Source: Gammaproteobacteria bacterium
Lineage (GTDB): Bacteria; Pseudomonadota; Gammaproteobacteria; Arenicellales; JAJDZL01
NCBI GenBank assembly: GCA_047517965.1
Contig: JAKZRU010000006.1
Coordinates: 8,445 to 72,444 of the forward strand
DNA: 64,000 nt
Direction of reading: 5' to 3'
Shown: positions 1 through 9,317 of the stretch, piece after piece
Numbering within the stretch: position 1 is the stretch's first letter
Layout: each line of letters begins with the position of its first letter
Notes under the pieces: generated by a model
Databases searched by the model: none
Told to the model about the DNA's origin: nothing
Seen by the model: the letters and a program-made list of their open reading frames with translations, nothing else
Translations under genes and position numbers: made by a program

Positions 1-5
1 TGCCG

Positions 6-1046
6 TTGTTACGCGCTCTTGATTGGAATACTACCGACCCAGATGAAGTCTACCTTCAATACCCAGTGGGGAAACACTTGAGTGGCAAAGTTGATATCGC
101 CCTGATGCTTCGAGGTTCTCCTTTGGTTTTCATCGAAGTGAAGGCAGAATCAATTGATTTGCACAAGAAAGGCCGCGATCAATTGTCGGATTACTGCAAA
201 ATGGCATCAGTTAACACGAGTGTTCTGACGAACGGCGTTATATGGGAGTTCTATCACATCATAGATTCGATTTCATCGGAAAAAGGAACGCTTCCGACAC
301 TACCGGTGGTTATTTTTAATATTTTGAATGATGGCGTCGATAAATTGACTCGCGAATTTACGCGATTACTGCACCGAGATTCGGTATTTGATGAAAGTGC
401 GTTGAGAAATCTTCGAGAAGTTTCGCAAGAAGTTAGTCTTGAACGAACATTGTTAGCACTGTTACGCAACGGCGATCTACGCATCGCAGGAATTTTGAAT
501 AAAGAACTGAAAGCACAAACAGGTATTTCTTTAAATAGGAATTTGTGTGGAAAATTTGTTTCTCGTTGGGCTGAAAAGTATACGGAAACTAAAGCAATTG
601 CTGTTCAGGCATCATTTGCTGATGCACAGAAGCAATCAATGCCAACAGCTAAATATCCTCTAACAACTGAGACAACTGCTCAAATTGAAGGCAAAAAGAA
701 AATCAAATCACCTTCAGTTAAGCCTACACATATCGTGGCATTTGGGGAGCGCATAGAAGTTAAAACAGGGAGACAGGTGTACATTAAATTTCTCGATAAA
801 CTAATCGATAAACATCCAGATCTCCGGCACGGGGGATTACTTCGTTTGAAATCACCGATCCGTAAGAAACATTACTTTGTTGGCAGCGATCACTCACCAA
901 AAGAATCCATGATTTCTCCCTTTGAAATAATTCCAAATGTCTGGACTGATTTGCATGGGTCATCGAGAGCACTGCGAAAACGATGCCAGACTATCCTCGA
1001 TCAGTTGAATTATTCGCAAGACGAATTAGAAATCCATTTCGACTGA
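6..1046 (+). CDS. restriction-endonuclease-like protein with HsdR N-terminal-type (PD-(D/E)XK) domain, possibly 5'-partial
   Basis: 346-aa ORF. The N-terminal 'GKVDIALMLRGSPLVFIEVKAES...LTNGVIWEFY' fits the D...E-x-K core of HsdR_N-type nuclease domains. I recognise no motif in the C-terminal half. It starts at TTG 5 nt from the window edge, so the true start may lie upstream. Confidence 0.5.
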   Translation: MLRALDWNTTDPDEVYLQYPVGKHLSGKVDIALMLRGSPLVFIEVKAESIDLHKKGRDQLSDYCKMASVNTSVLTNGVIWEFYHIIDSISSEKGTLPTLPVVIFNILNDGVDKLTREFTRLLHRDSVFDESALRNLREVSQEVSLERTLLALLRNGDLRIAGILNKELKAQTGISLNRNLCGKFVSRWAEKYTETKAIAVQASFADAQKQSMPTAKYPLTTETTAQIEGKKKIKSPSVKPTHIVAFGERIEVKTGRQVYIKFLDKLIDKHPDLRHGGLLRLKSPIRKKHYFVGSDHSPKESMISPFEIIPNVWTDLHGSSRALRKRCQTILDQLNYSQDELEIHFD

Positions 1047-1281
1047 GTCTTTGTACTTCCTGTTGCACCTTGAGAGCAGAGACAATTACCAAGCCGTGCA
1101 AACGCAAGGCCCAAGGATCAATGCCAAAGTGTGCGCAACCGATATTGAATTCGATGCCTTCCTCCAACTCTATCGTAATTCCCAAGGCACCGAGTATCGT
1201 AATCTGAAATCCTGTGTCGCCAGAGGACTAGCGATCACTGTATCAAAACTCAAGAAGAGTGGTTTCGCTCGAAACCACTCT

Positions 1282-1712
1282 TCATTCAACAGTTATGGCG
1301 ATAACTGCCATGAAATCACCTGCTTTCACGAGCCCCGGAAAGTGGCGACCGGCCAACATGCCTTGGCGTCGAGCCCGGTATTCGATTGGATTGATGCCGG
1401 TACGACCCAGCGGCCAGACACGCACTAGAACATCACCTTCATCCACGAAACTGCCTAAATACACTGTCGGCTCAATCAGTCCATCGTGATTGCTGAAGAC
1501 GAAGCAATCCCCATCCGGCGTATCCAAATTCACTGACGCATCAACATCTGGTTCCGCCTTCAGAATTGCAACGTGATCAGGACGTTTCGAATTCTTTTCT
1601 TTGCGATTGAAACGGTCTTTGCCGTGGTGGTGCCGCCACCGCCGAGTTCTGAAGACACGAATACTTTTCCCTGGTCTTCAACAGCTGTGTCGTACATGTG
1701 TTGCCAATTTCA
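1282..1712 (-). pseudogene. doeB: C-terminal remnant of DoeB/EutE-type N-acetyl-diaminobutyrate deacetylase (succinylglutamate desuccinylase/aspartoacylase family)
   Basis: My own minus-strand translation reads NWQHMYDTAVEDQGKVFVSSELGGGGTTTAKTVSIAKKRIRNVL. After a frame change near 1580 it reads HVAILKAEPDVDASVNLDTPDGDCFVFSNHDGLIEPTVYLGSFVDEGDVLVRVWP. The ELGGGG motif and the tail are typical of the AstE/AspA family. The N-terminal two-thirds are absent. Confidence 0.55.
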
Positions 1713-1744
1713 AGAAGCAGCATCGAATACGGAGCATTGAATGC

Positions 1745-2119
1745 GCGCATTGCAGCGACGCATGCTGCCTTAATGAGTTCCACCAGCTCATCGTAAGGAT
1801 GATCAACCGGATGCTGTACCAGACTTTCCGAATACGGAATAATTTTTTCATCAGGAAGATAGGTTGTCACACAAGCAGCTTTGGCATCCTGTGCACGCTC
1901 GAACCAGAAAGGCGAATCCTCCTGTAGGTGCATGAGCACGCACTGAGGAACATAAAATGACCAGCCGTCATATCCCGTCAGCCAGCACATATTGCTGGGA
2001 TCCTGACAGATAATTAGATCGTAACCCGCTCGTTCCATGCGCAGCTTCACATCATACACATGACTCGCGAAATCCTCGCGGCTGAACACTTTCTCAAATA
2101 CCGGTGTGGTTGCGTTCAT
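1745..2119 (-). pseudogene. doeA: N-terminal remnant (about 125 codons) of ectoine hydrolase DoeA/EutD (M24 creatinase/prolidase-like)
   Basis: The ORF at 1577..2119 starts with '...LIICQDPSNMCWLTGYDGWSFYVPQCVLM...', typical of the DoeA N-terminal domain. Similarity is lost after about residue 125 and the ORF ends at 180 aa, where about 400 aa would be expected. It starts 2 nt after eutC. Confidence 0.6.
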
Positions 2120-2121
2120 TA

Positions 2122-3135
2122 TCAGACCTCAATATCAATGCCAGCGGAAACTGCTTCGGCGCGCATGCGGGCAAATGTAGCGATTGCTGTATCCTGCACA
2201 CCAGTGCCAGTCAAATCGCAGAGTGTGATTTCCTCTTCGGATTCACGTCTCTTCGCTTTGCCGGCAACAATGTCGCCGAGTTCGGGGAATATTGAATCCG
2301 CGGATGCTGTCCCAGCCTCAAGAGCATGATGCAGTTCGCCGAGCTTTTCAGTTTGTGAACGCCGATCGGGCACGTACCGGTCGACAGCAGAAAAACAGCT
2401 AGGATCCAACTCATTCTTATGTGCCTGATCAGACCCCATGGATGTAATGTGCTGGCCAGCACACAACCAGTCAGCCATTACCAGCGGAACCGCGGAAGGT
2501 GTAGTTGTCACCACAATGTCGGCTGAACCAACGGCCCTTTTCAGGTCGGAACCGAACGTTACAGACACACCAAGGTTTTCAGATAGTTCCAAAGCCGCTG
2601 ATTTACCTCGATCGTGATTACGCGCCCATACCACCGCGGATTGAATCGGGCGTACCAAGCACAATGCTTCAAGCTGCAGGCGCGACTGCCTGCCAGCTCC
2701 GACTATACAAACTCTCTCAGCATCAGAGCGTGCGAGATAACGCGCTGCAACAGCACCCGCAGCAGCAGTCCGAATATCTGTCAGATAGCCATTGTCCAGC
2801 AAAACCGCTTCGAGCATTCCAGTGCGTGCTGCAAACAGCACCATCAAACCGGACGTGCTCGGCAAACCCACCTTCGGATTATCGAAAAACCCCGGCGACA
2901 TTTTTATTGCAAAGCTTTCAAATCCTGGTACATAGGCAGTCTTTACGTCAACTTCGCCGTTGAATTCCTCAATTGCCATGGAAAGAATCGGTGGCATCAC
3001 AACCTCACCGCTGGCAAGCGCAGCGAATGCCAATTCAATACATTCGATCGCATCGGCATTCAATTGAACTGCTTGACGAAGTTCACTTTCAGTCAATATT
3101 TTGAGTATGGGCATGATCGACTTCTTACTCCTCAA
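2122..3135 (-). CDS. eutC: ornithine cyclodeaminase/mu-crystallin family protein (EutC-like, ectoine utilisation)
   Basis: 337 aa with a Rossmann segment 'RVCIVGAGRQSR' and the overall OCD-family pattern. It lies directly upstream of the doeA/doeB remnants, as in eutABCDE-type clusters. Confidence 0.75.
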   Translation of the reverse strand: MRSKKSIMPILKILTESELRQAVQLNADAIECIELAFAALASGEVVMPPILSMAIEEFNGEVDVKTAYVPGFESFAIKMSPGFFDNPKVGLPSTSGLMVLFAARTGMLEAVLLDNGYLTDIRTAAAGAVAARYLARSDAERVCIVGAGRQSRLQLEALCLVRPIQSAVVWARNHDRGKSAALELSENLGVSVTFGSDLKRAVGSADIVVTTTPSAVPLVMADWLCAGQHITSMGSDQAHKNELDPSCFSAVDRYVPDRRSQTEKLGELHHALEAGTASADSIFPELGDIVAGKAKRRESEEEITLCDLTGTGVQDTAIATFARMRAEAVSAGIDIEV

Positions 3136-3289
3136 CCGTCGAAATTTTCACCGAAGACAATCCGATGATAAAGGCGCATATCAATGTTTGCGCTGGGAAT
3201 CATGGTGGTAGCTGGTGCGTCGCATTTTACATGTCCGGACCGCTATTCCCAAATCTCCGGATTCGAAACGGGTGTCTGTCGAACCGCTG

Positions 3290-3785
3290 AAGCAATTGGT
3301 TCTCTTGCCACCTCGAATGTGGCCGTTACCATGCACTCGAACACTTGCGTTACGAAAAGGCGTATCGGGAGTTCGATCTTGACCTTACTCCTGCAGATAC
3401 CCCATTCGAAGCAGGTCTCGGATATACGGTTGATCTAGACAGGCTCGGCGATTTTACGGGGCATGACTCACTGCTGTCACAAACTGAATTCGGCTTGATG
3501 ATAAAACGCCTGGTCATGTTCAAGCTGAATGATCCTGAACCTGTCCTGTATGGCGAAGAACCCATTAGGCTCAACGGTGAAATCGTCGGTTACCTTTCAT
3601 CAGGCGCGTACAGTTTCACCCTTGGAACATCGGTAGGTATGGGTTAAGTATGCCAGGCAGATGGCATCACAGACGACCTGACTGCGAATGGAATGTGGGA
3701 AATTGAAATTGCCTGCGAACGCTTTGCAGCAATTGCATCACTGCGCACTTTCCTCGACCCGAGTCGCGAAAGGGTTCATCGCTGA
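3290..3785 (+). pseudogene. 3' fragment of a GcvT-fold (dimethylglycine/sarcosine dehydrogenase-type) gene with an in-frame stop
   Basis: 'LRYEKAYREFDLDLTPADTPFEAGLG...GEIVGYLSSGAYSFTLGTSVGMG' is followed by TAA (3645-3647). The same frame then continues 'VCQADGITDDLTANGMWEIEIACERFAAIASLRTFLDPSRERV'. This is the aminomethyltransferase C-terminal pattern. The upstream roughly 2 kb of such a gene is missing, and the 5' boundary given is approximate. Confidence 0.6.
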
Positions 3786-4191
3786 TCCACCGCCCATTGG
3801 CGACTGCGAAACTATAGTGGCAAACTTTCACACTGCGGCGGTCAATTTCAAAATGCTGCATGGTATCAACGTGTACGGGAGTCGCCAACCAGCATAAATT
3901 GAGCGAAATTGTAGGGAGAATTCGTCTAATTTTTCGTTCCAAAGACTTTCGAGCAAGCATATCCGGCAGTTTCAATCCATATGGCATCTGAAACCGCCCT
4001 TTCGTGACAATTTCCAACCCCATTTCGCTATCATCCTACTCAGTGGTAAGACATGCAGGCTAGTCGCTATATACTGAACTCAACTTGATTTCCCGCTGAC
4101 AAAGACATGTGTGAATATTGTAAATACGGGAAATTTAAAATGACGGCAGTCCGGGAATTTGCCGTAATAACTACACAAACGAGGTGAAAGC

Positions 4192-4626
4192 ATGTCAGAA
4201 GTAATGATAGTAGGGGTAGACGGCAGCGAACCTAGTATGCGTGCTGCCGAGTATGCGGCTAACGTTGCGAGCGCTCACAATGCAAAGTTATTGATAGTTT
4301 ATGTAATCGAGTGGTCTCCGTATACTTTCAATACACCGGAAGAAAATGAGCAAAGACACAATCGACGTGAACGGGAAATTGAAGCCGCCGATTCAAGCGT
4401 TCTTCAACCACTAGTCGAAAAACTGAGTGGATGTGGTGCCAGTTTAGAAGGGTTGGTATTTCACGGACACCCTGCAAAAATGCTCAATAGAATTGCGCTA
4501 GACAATGGTGCTTCGCAGATTTTCATTGGCCGTACCGGCGGTTCCGGAATTTCGCAACTTTTGTTTGGCAGCGTTGCCAGCAACCTGGTACAGACTGCCG
4601 CAGTACCTGTGACGGTAATTCCATAG
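4192..4626 (+). CDS. universal stress protein (UspA family)
   Basis: 144 aa. '...IMIVGVDGSEPS...' at the start and 'IFIGRTGGSGISQLLFGSVASNLVQTAAVPVTVI' at the end are the classic USP ATP-binding tail. The RBS 'gaggtg' lies upstream. Confidence 0.85.
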   Translation: MSEVMIVGVDGSEPSMRAAEYAANVASAHNAKLLIVYVIEWSPYTFNTPEENEQRHNRREREIEAADSSVLQPLVEKLSGCGASLEGLVFHGHPAKMLNRIALDNGASQIFIGRTGGSGISQLLFGSVASNLVQTAAVPVTVIP

Positions 4627-4669
4627 GTCGCAGCACCAAGAGTATCACTGAACTAGGAGTAAAGCTAAT

Positions 4670-6352
4670 ATGAAATCTCGAATTAAGAAAATCTTGGTAG
4701 GAATTATCTGCCTGGCTGGTGTCTCTGCGTTTATGACACTGCCCGTGCAAGCACAGAATGAGGAACGAGTTCTCTCGTCGGCGCAGCAGTGGGTGACCGG
4801 TATTGAAGTTCCTGGACTTGGTTACCGTTCGTGGGTAACCGGCATTCAACCACCGTCAACTGTAGAAGTAGCGGAGGAAGCAACCGGAATTGACGCGTTG
4901 GTTGACAAGATCATGTCACCAGTCAATGCGGTTATCTACAACGCAGTCTTCTTTTCCATTCCGTTTTTAGGAGCTGATTTGAAGTTAGTTGTTGCGTGGT
5001 TAGTTGTAGGCGCGGTATTTTGCACAATATATTTCGGTTTAGTCAATTTTCGCGGCTTCGCACAAGCACTTAGGCTGGTACGGGGAGACTACTCCAATCC
5101 AAATGATCAAGGAGAAGTTTCACACTTTCAAGCATTGGCAACCGCGCTTTCAGGAACGGTTGGTGTTGGCAACATCGGCGCAGTGCCTATATTAATTGTT
5201 CTAGGTGGGCCGGGAGCGGTATTTTGGATGATTATGGCTGGTCTTCTTGGAATGTCCAGCAAATTCTGCGAGTGCACTCTAGGAGTCAAATACCGAAATG
5301 AAAACCCCGACGGTTCAGTATCTGGTGGCCCAATGTACTCGTTGAAAAAGGGATTGGCACAGCTTGGCAAACCTACACTGGGCAAGGTGCTGGCTATTTT
5401 CTTCTCGATTACAGTCATTTTTGGTTGCCTTGGTGCCGGAAATATGTTTCAGGCAAATCAGGCCTACGTTCAATTCGTGAATATCACAGGTGGAGAAAAT
5501 AGTTTTCTATCAGATAAAGGGTGGCTATTCGGTATTGTTTTCGCCATTCTTGTTGCTGTTGTAATTCTAGGTGGTATTAAGAGCATTGCACGAGTTACTG
5601 AAAAAGTCGTTCCATTCATGGCAGTACTTTACTTGATCGGAGCCTTGGTTGTTCTAGTCGTGAACGCTGATCGCATTCCGTTCGCAGTTGCCTCAATTTT
5701 TAATCACGCATTTAGCCCTCAGGGTGTTACTGGCGGATTTATCGGCGTGTTGATTCTCGGGTTCCAAAGAGCAGCTTTTTCGAATGAAGCGGGTATTGGT
5801 TCAGCGGCCATCGCGCACTCCGCAGTTCGAACAAACGAACCGGTAACTGAAGGCCTAGTGTCGTTACTGGAGCCATTTATAGACACTGTGGTAATTTGTA
5901 CGATTACTGCACTAGTGGTTCTGACAACTGTGTATGGCGACCCATCAGTTGCTCATCTGTCAGGTGTAGGCTTGACTTCAGAGGCAATGATGAGAACAGT
6001 TTCCTGGTTCCCAACGCCACTCGCGATTGCAGTAGTGCTGTTTGCATTTTCAACGATGATCTCTTGGGCATACTATGGTCTGAAAGGTTGGACTTACTGT
6101 TTCGGTGAATCGAAAGCTGCAGAGATCAGTTTCAAACTGATCTTTTGCATCTTCGTCGTTATCGGATGCTCAATACCGCTTGCTTCGGTTCTTGATTTTT
6201 CGGATGCTATGATTTTTGCAATGGCTATTCCAAACATCTTGGGAATTTACTTCCTGGCACCGATTGTCAAGAAGGAAATGAAATCATACTTCGCTCGAGT
6301 TAAAAGCGGTGAGATCGTAAATTATCGTAGACTTGAAAAAGCAAAGAATTAG
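4670..6352 (+). CDS. alanine/glycine:cation symporter (AGCS) family transporter with an N-terminal extension
   Basis: 560 aa and multi-TM. 'LSGTVGVGNIGAV...GGPGAVFWMIMAGLLGM' is the AGCS signature. An AGGAG RBS lies 12 nt upstream of the ATG. The first roughly 80 aa (a signal-like segment plus a duplicated WVTGI motif) are extra relative to typical family members. Confidence 0.85.
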   Translation: MKSRIKKILVGIICLAGVSAFMTLPVQAQNEERVLSSAQQWVTGIEVPGLGYRSWVTGIQPPSTVEVAEEATGIDALVDKIMSPVNAVIYNAVFFSIPFLGADLKLVVAWLVVGAVFCTIYFGLVNFRGFAQALRLVRGDYSNPNDQGEVSHFQALATALSGTVGVGNIGAVPILIVLGGPGAVFWMIMAGLLGMSSKFCECTLGVKYRNENPDGSVSGGPMYSLKKGLAQLGKPTLGKVLAIFFSITVIFGCLGAGNMFQANQAYVQFVNITGGENSFLSDKGWLFGIVFAILVAVVILGGIKSIARVTEKVVPFMAVLYLIGALVVLVVNADRIPFAVASIFNHAFSPQGVTGGFIGVLILGFQRAAFSNEAGIGSAAIAHSAVRTNEPVTEGLVSLLEPFIDTVVICTITALVVLTTVYGDPSVAHLSGVGLTSEAMMRTVSWFPTPLAIAVVLFAFSTMISWAYYGLKGWTYCFGESKAAEISFKLIFCIFVVIGCSIPLASVLDFSDAMIFAMAIPNILGIYFLAPIVKKEMKSYFARVKSGEIVNYRRLEKAKN

Positions 6353-6378
6353 ATCAATTTGATATAGTCTACATCGAT

Positions 6379-6424
6379 GAAAGCCCTTGGTTCGTAACTG
6401 AAATTGCGAATCAGGGGCTTTTTC
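6379..6424 (+). terminator. putative rho-independent terminator after the AGCS gene
   Basis: GAAAGCCCTTG ... CAGGGGCTTTT forms a roughly 10-bp stem with an unusually large loop of about 22 nt, followed by a T-run. It lies 27 nt after the stop codon. Confidence 0.4.
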
Positions 6425-6538
6425 TACTGAAAGATTCTCACAAACGTCGTTGCACGATGGCTGACAATTCTTATTCGCATGAATGAGGCTCTGGTAAAAG
6501 GAGCAACAACATAACTTAACCATTCTACTTAGCCCGCG

Positions 6539-6838
6539 GTGATATTCGAAAACCTGGAAGTAGAACCAAATTATAAGACTGCTTATCGGTCATTCTACTA
6601 CCCGGGTGCAGAAGAACCCGTTGAGATAGTGCTGGGTCCGAAAACCACCGCCTTTCTCATCATAGACATGCAGAATACTTACATGGCGGATAAGGAAACG
6701 AACGAGGAGATTGTCCGCTATTTCAAACTTGCCACCGGAAATGACTATTCTGCCAATAGGCGGTTTAATTTCCCCGTACCCGTACTGCTAGTCAGCGTCC
6801 GTTATTTCGGTGCCTTTTTCATGTCGAGCCATACCTAG
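6539..6838 (+). pseudogene. N-terminal fragment of an isochorismatase-family cysteine hydrolase
   Basis: 'PKTTAFLIIDMQNTYM' is the typical isochorismatase/RutB-like N-terminal motif. Similarity ends after about 65 codons and the 99-aa ORF ends in non-homologous sequence, whereas family members are about 190-230 aa. GTG start. Confidence 0.5.
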
Positions 6839-6949
6839 GCTTGTAGGTGGTGGGGCAGCTTGATAATCATAGGATTAATTCACTGACTAGACGGGCGACC
6901 ACTAATGCTTTCTGTGCAAAACCTCGTTATTTAACTATCAAAAAGACTA

Positions 6950-7564
6950 TTAACCTCGATTCTTTAACCTGAAACGCAGCGATTGATAGCCTAATTTTGT
7001 TAAAGAATCCCCAATTTCCTGCATGGTCTCAAGTTGATTAAATGGGCCCAGCCGCACTCTATAGAAATCACCGCGCCCTTCAACAGTAACTTTCTGGACA
7101 AACGCTTCCAGACCATTCAGCGCAAGAGTAGCCTTTACACGGTCTGCATCCGCATATTGGTTGAATGATCCAACTTGTAATACATAGGTCGAAAGTGTAT
7201 TAGCCGGTGCAGAAGTCTGCTGTTGTTTGGGCTTGGATGCATTCTCTGGAACTACCGTTTGATCCTGCTTTCGGGGCTGTGGCAGAATGTATTCATCTTC
7301 AAGAAGCAGTTCATGAAAGTTGAATGTCACGTTCGGTAAAGATTGGTCTGAATCATTTGCCTGTTCAGATTGGGCCTGTGCAGACTCGTTTCTGTCTTTG
7401 GCTGCTGTAATCAGGCTTTCAATACCAGAACCGATATCGGACGGGGTATCCCGCAACACGCCATTGTACAGAGCAGTTCCTACGCTCCCCACAAAAATGC
7501 CCAGCACGAATATCCCGATCCCCGATGAACCTTTTTTCTTTCGCGTTTTTCGACTTCTTACCAT
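6950..7564 (-). CDS. SPOR domain-containing cell-division protein (FtsN/DedD-like)
   Basis: 204 aa with an N-terminal TM helix, a low-complexity Q/P linker and a C-terminal SPOR pattern 'YVLQVGSFNQYADADRVKATLALNGLEAFVQKV...YRVRLGPF'. It lies immediately downstream of argS. Confidence 0.8.
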   Translation of the reverse strand: MVRSRKTRKKKGSSGIGIFVLGIFVGSVGTALYNGVLRDTPSDIGSGIESLITAAKDRNESAQAQSEQANDSDQSLPNVTFNFHELLLEDEYILPQPRKQDQTVVPENASKPKQQQTSAPANTLSTYVLQVGSFNQYADADRVKATLALNGLEAFVQKVTVEGRGDFYRVRLGPFNQLETMQEIGDSLTKLGYQSLRFRLKNRG

Positions 7565-7567
7565 GGA

Positions 7568-9304
7568 TTACATTGATTCCGGAGTTGAAACGCCGAGCGT
7601 ATCAAGACCGTTAGCCAGCACCTGCCTCACTGCGTATATCAGGTCTAGTCGCGCAGAACGCAAGGGTGGTTCACAGTCAAGAATTCGTTCCTTGTTGTAG
7701 AACGAGTGGAATTCAGTTGCAACATCTCTGAGGTAATACGCGACTTGGTGCGGCTCAAAACTGGATGCAGCATTTTGTATGACTTCTGGATATTTGACGA
7801 GACTTTTGATCAAACCGAGTTCCGCTTCCGAAGCAAGCAACGAAAGATTGCTATTCCTGCCGCGAGCGATGCCGCGTTCGGACATTTGACGAAATACACT
7901 GCAAATTCGAGCATGTGCGTACTGAACATAGTAGACAGGATTTTCGTTTGACTCCTCTTTGGCTAGGTCAAGATCGAAGTCAAGATGTTGTTCGGATTTA
8001 CGAAGAACATAAAAAAATCTGGCTGCGTCCTTTCCAGTTTCCTCTACAAGTTCCCTTAGTGTTACAAATTCTCCAGCACGCGTGGACATTGGAATTTTTA
8101 CTGAGGCTCGATAAAGAGATGCAAATTGAACGAGTAATATTTTGAGCCGATTGGAATCTTCGCCAGCAGCCTGCAGCGCAGCCATCATTCTCGCAATATA
8201 GCCATGATGATCCGCACCCCAGATATTTATAACGTAATTATAATCTCGATTGAGTTTATCCAGGTGATAGGCAATATCCGATGCGAAGTAAGTGAGCTCA
8301 CCATTGGAACGTACCAGCACCCGATCTTTCTCATCGCCGAACTCACTGGAACGAAACCAGGTGGCACCTTCCGATTGATAAAGGAATCCCCGCTCCTGTA
8401 GTTGCGAAACTGTATGCTCAACATCCCCTCGTTCCAAAACACGGCTTTCGAAGAACCACTCATCATGAGCAACGCCAAGAATTTTAAGGTCGTCACGAAT
8501 CATTTCCACCATTTCAGTGAGGACAAATTGCCGCAGAGTATTGAAATCGTCATTGCCTAGCGATTGTCTGCACCAGGAGATCAACTTCGTCAAAACAAGG
8601 TCTTTGTCATCATTTTCGACAGCAGGCGGATAATTTCCCAGGCGAGCGAATTCGGCGTCGACTTGCTCTCGGAAGGCCCTTGCACAGTCAATGATGTACT
8701 CGCCTTGATACGCACCGACTGGCAAAGTTACGTCCTTGCTGTGCAACTGAAGGTAACGAATCCAGACACTGGTACAAAGGATGTCCATCTGTCGACCCAG
8801 ATCATTGACGTAATATTCCGTGTCTACGTGATGGCCGGCAACTCTTAGAAGTCGTGCTAGCGCATCTCCAAAAGCCGCGCCTCGGCCGTGCCCTACATGA
8901 AGAGGCCCTGTCGGATTGGCGGATACAAACTCCAAGAGAATTCGATCTGGATTATTTAGATCACCCGCTCCATAGTCATTGCCTTGATCGAGGATCTCGG
9001 CAACTGCACCTGCCAATGCAAGGTCTGAAAGAAAAAAATTGATGAACCCCGGACCGGCTACTTCTGTCTTACTCAGGAAATCAGCCACAGGCAGAATTTC
9101 CTGAATCATTGCGGCAAGTTCTGTTGGCTTCAATCCGTTAGGGCGCGCCATGCTCAATGCAACACCTGTTGCATAGTCTCCCTGTCCGGCTCGACGAACG
9201 CTGTCGACGGGGATGGCAGCCGGTACGCTTGCTTCTGACACAGTGCCGGAGTCGACCAATGCGTCAACGGATTGCTTCAACAATTCTTGAATTTTGCTTT
9301 TCAT
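7568..9304 (-). CDS. argS: arginine--tRNA ligase
   Basis: 578 aa with the HIGH-type motif 'PTGPLHVGHGRGA', the KMSKS-type 'MSTRAG' and a full-length class I aaRS pattern. Confidence 0.95.
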   Translation of the reverse strand: MKSKIQELLKQSVDALVDSGTVSEASVPAAIPVDSVRRAGQGDYATGVALSMARPNGLKPTELAAMIQEILPVADFLSKTEVAGPGFINFFLSDLALAGAVAEILDQGNDYGAGDLNNPDRILLEFVSANPTGPLHVGHGRGAAFGDALARLLRVAGHHVDTEYYVNDLGRQMDILCTSVWIRYLQLHSKDVTLPVGAYQGEYIIDCARAFREQVDAEFARLGNYPPAVENDDKDLVLTKLISWCRQSLGNDDFNTLRQFVLTEMVEMIRDDLKILGVAHDEWFFESRVLERGDVEHTVSQLQERGFLYQSEGATWFRSSEFGDEKDRVLVRSNGELTYFASDIAYHLDKLNRDYNYVINIWGADHHGYIARMMAALQAAGEDSNRLKILLVQFASLYRASVKIPMSTRAGEFVTLRELVEETGKDAARFFYVLRKSEQHLDFDLDLAKEESNENPVYYVQYAHARICSVFRQMSERGIARGRNSNLSLLASEAELGLIKSLVKYPEVIQNAASSFEPHQVAYYLRDVATEFHSFYNKERILDCEPPLRSARLDLIYAVRQVLANGLDTLGVSTPESM

Positions 9305-9317
9305 TGAATCCAGGGAA

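Noticed and set aside
3667-4023. 118-aa minus-strand ORF between the dehydrogenase remnant and uspA.
   Set aside because: Its 3' half overlaps the plus-strand pseudogene tail, which has clear family similarity. I see no recognisable motif and no convincing RBS.
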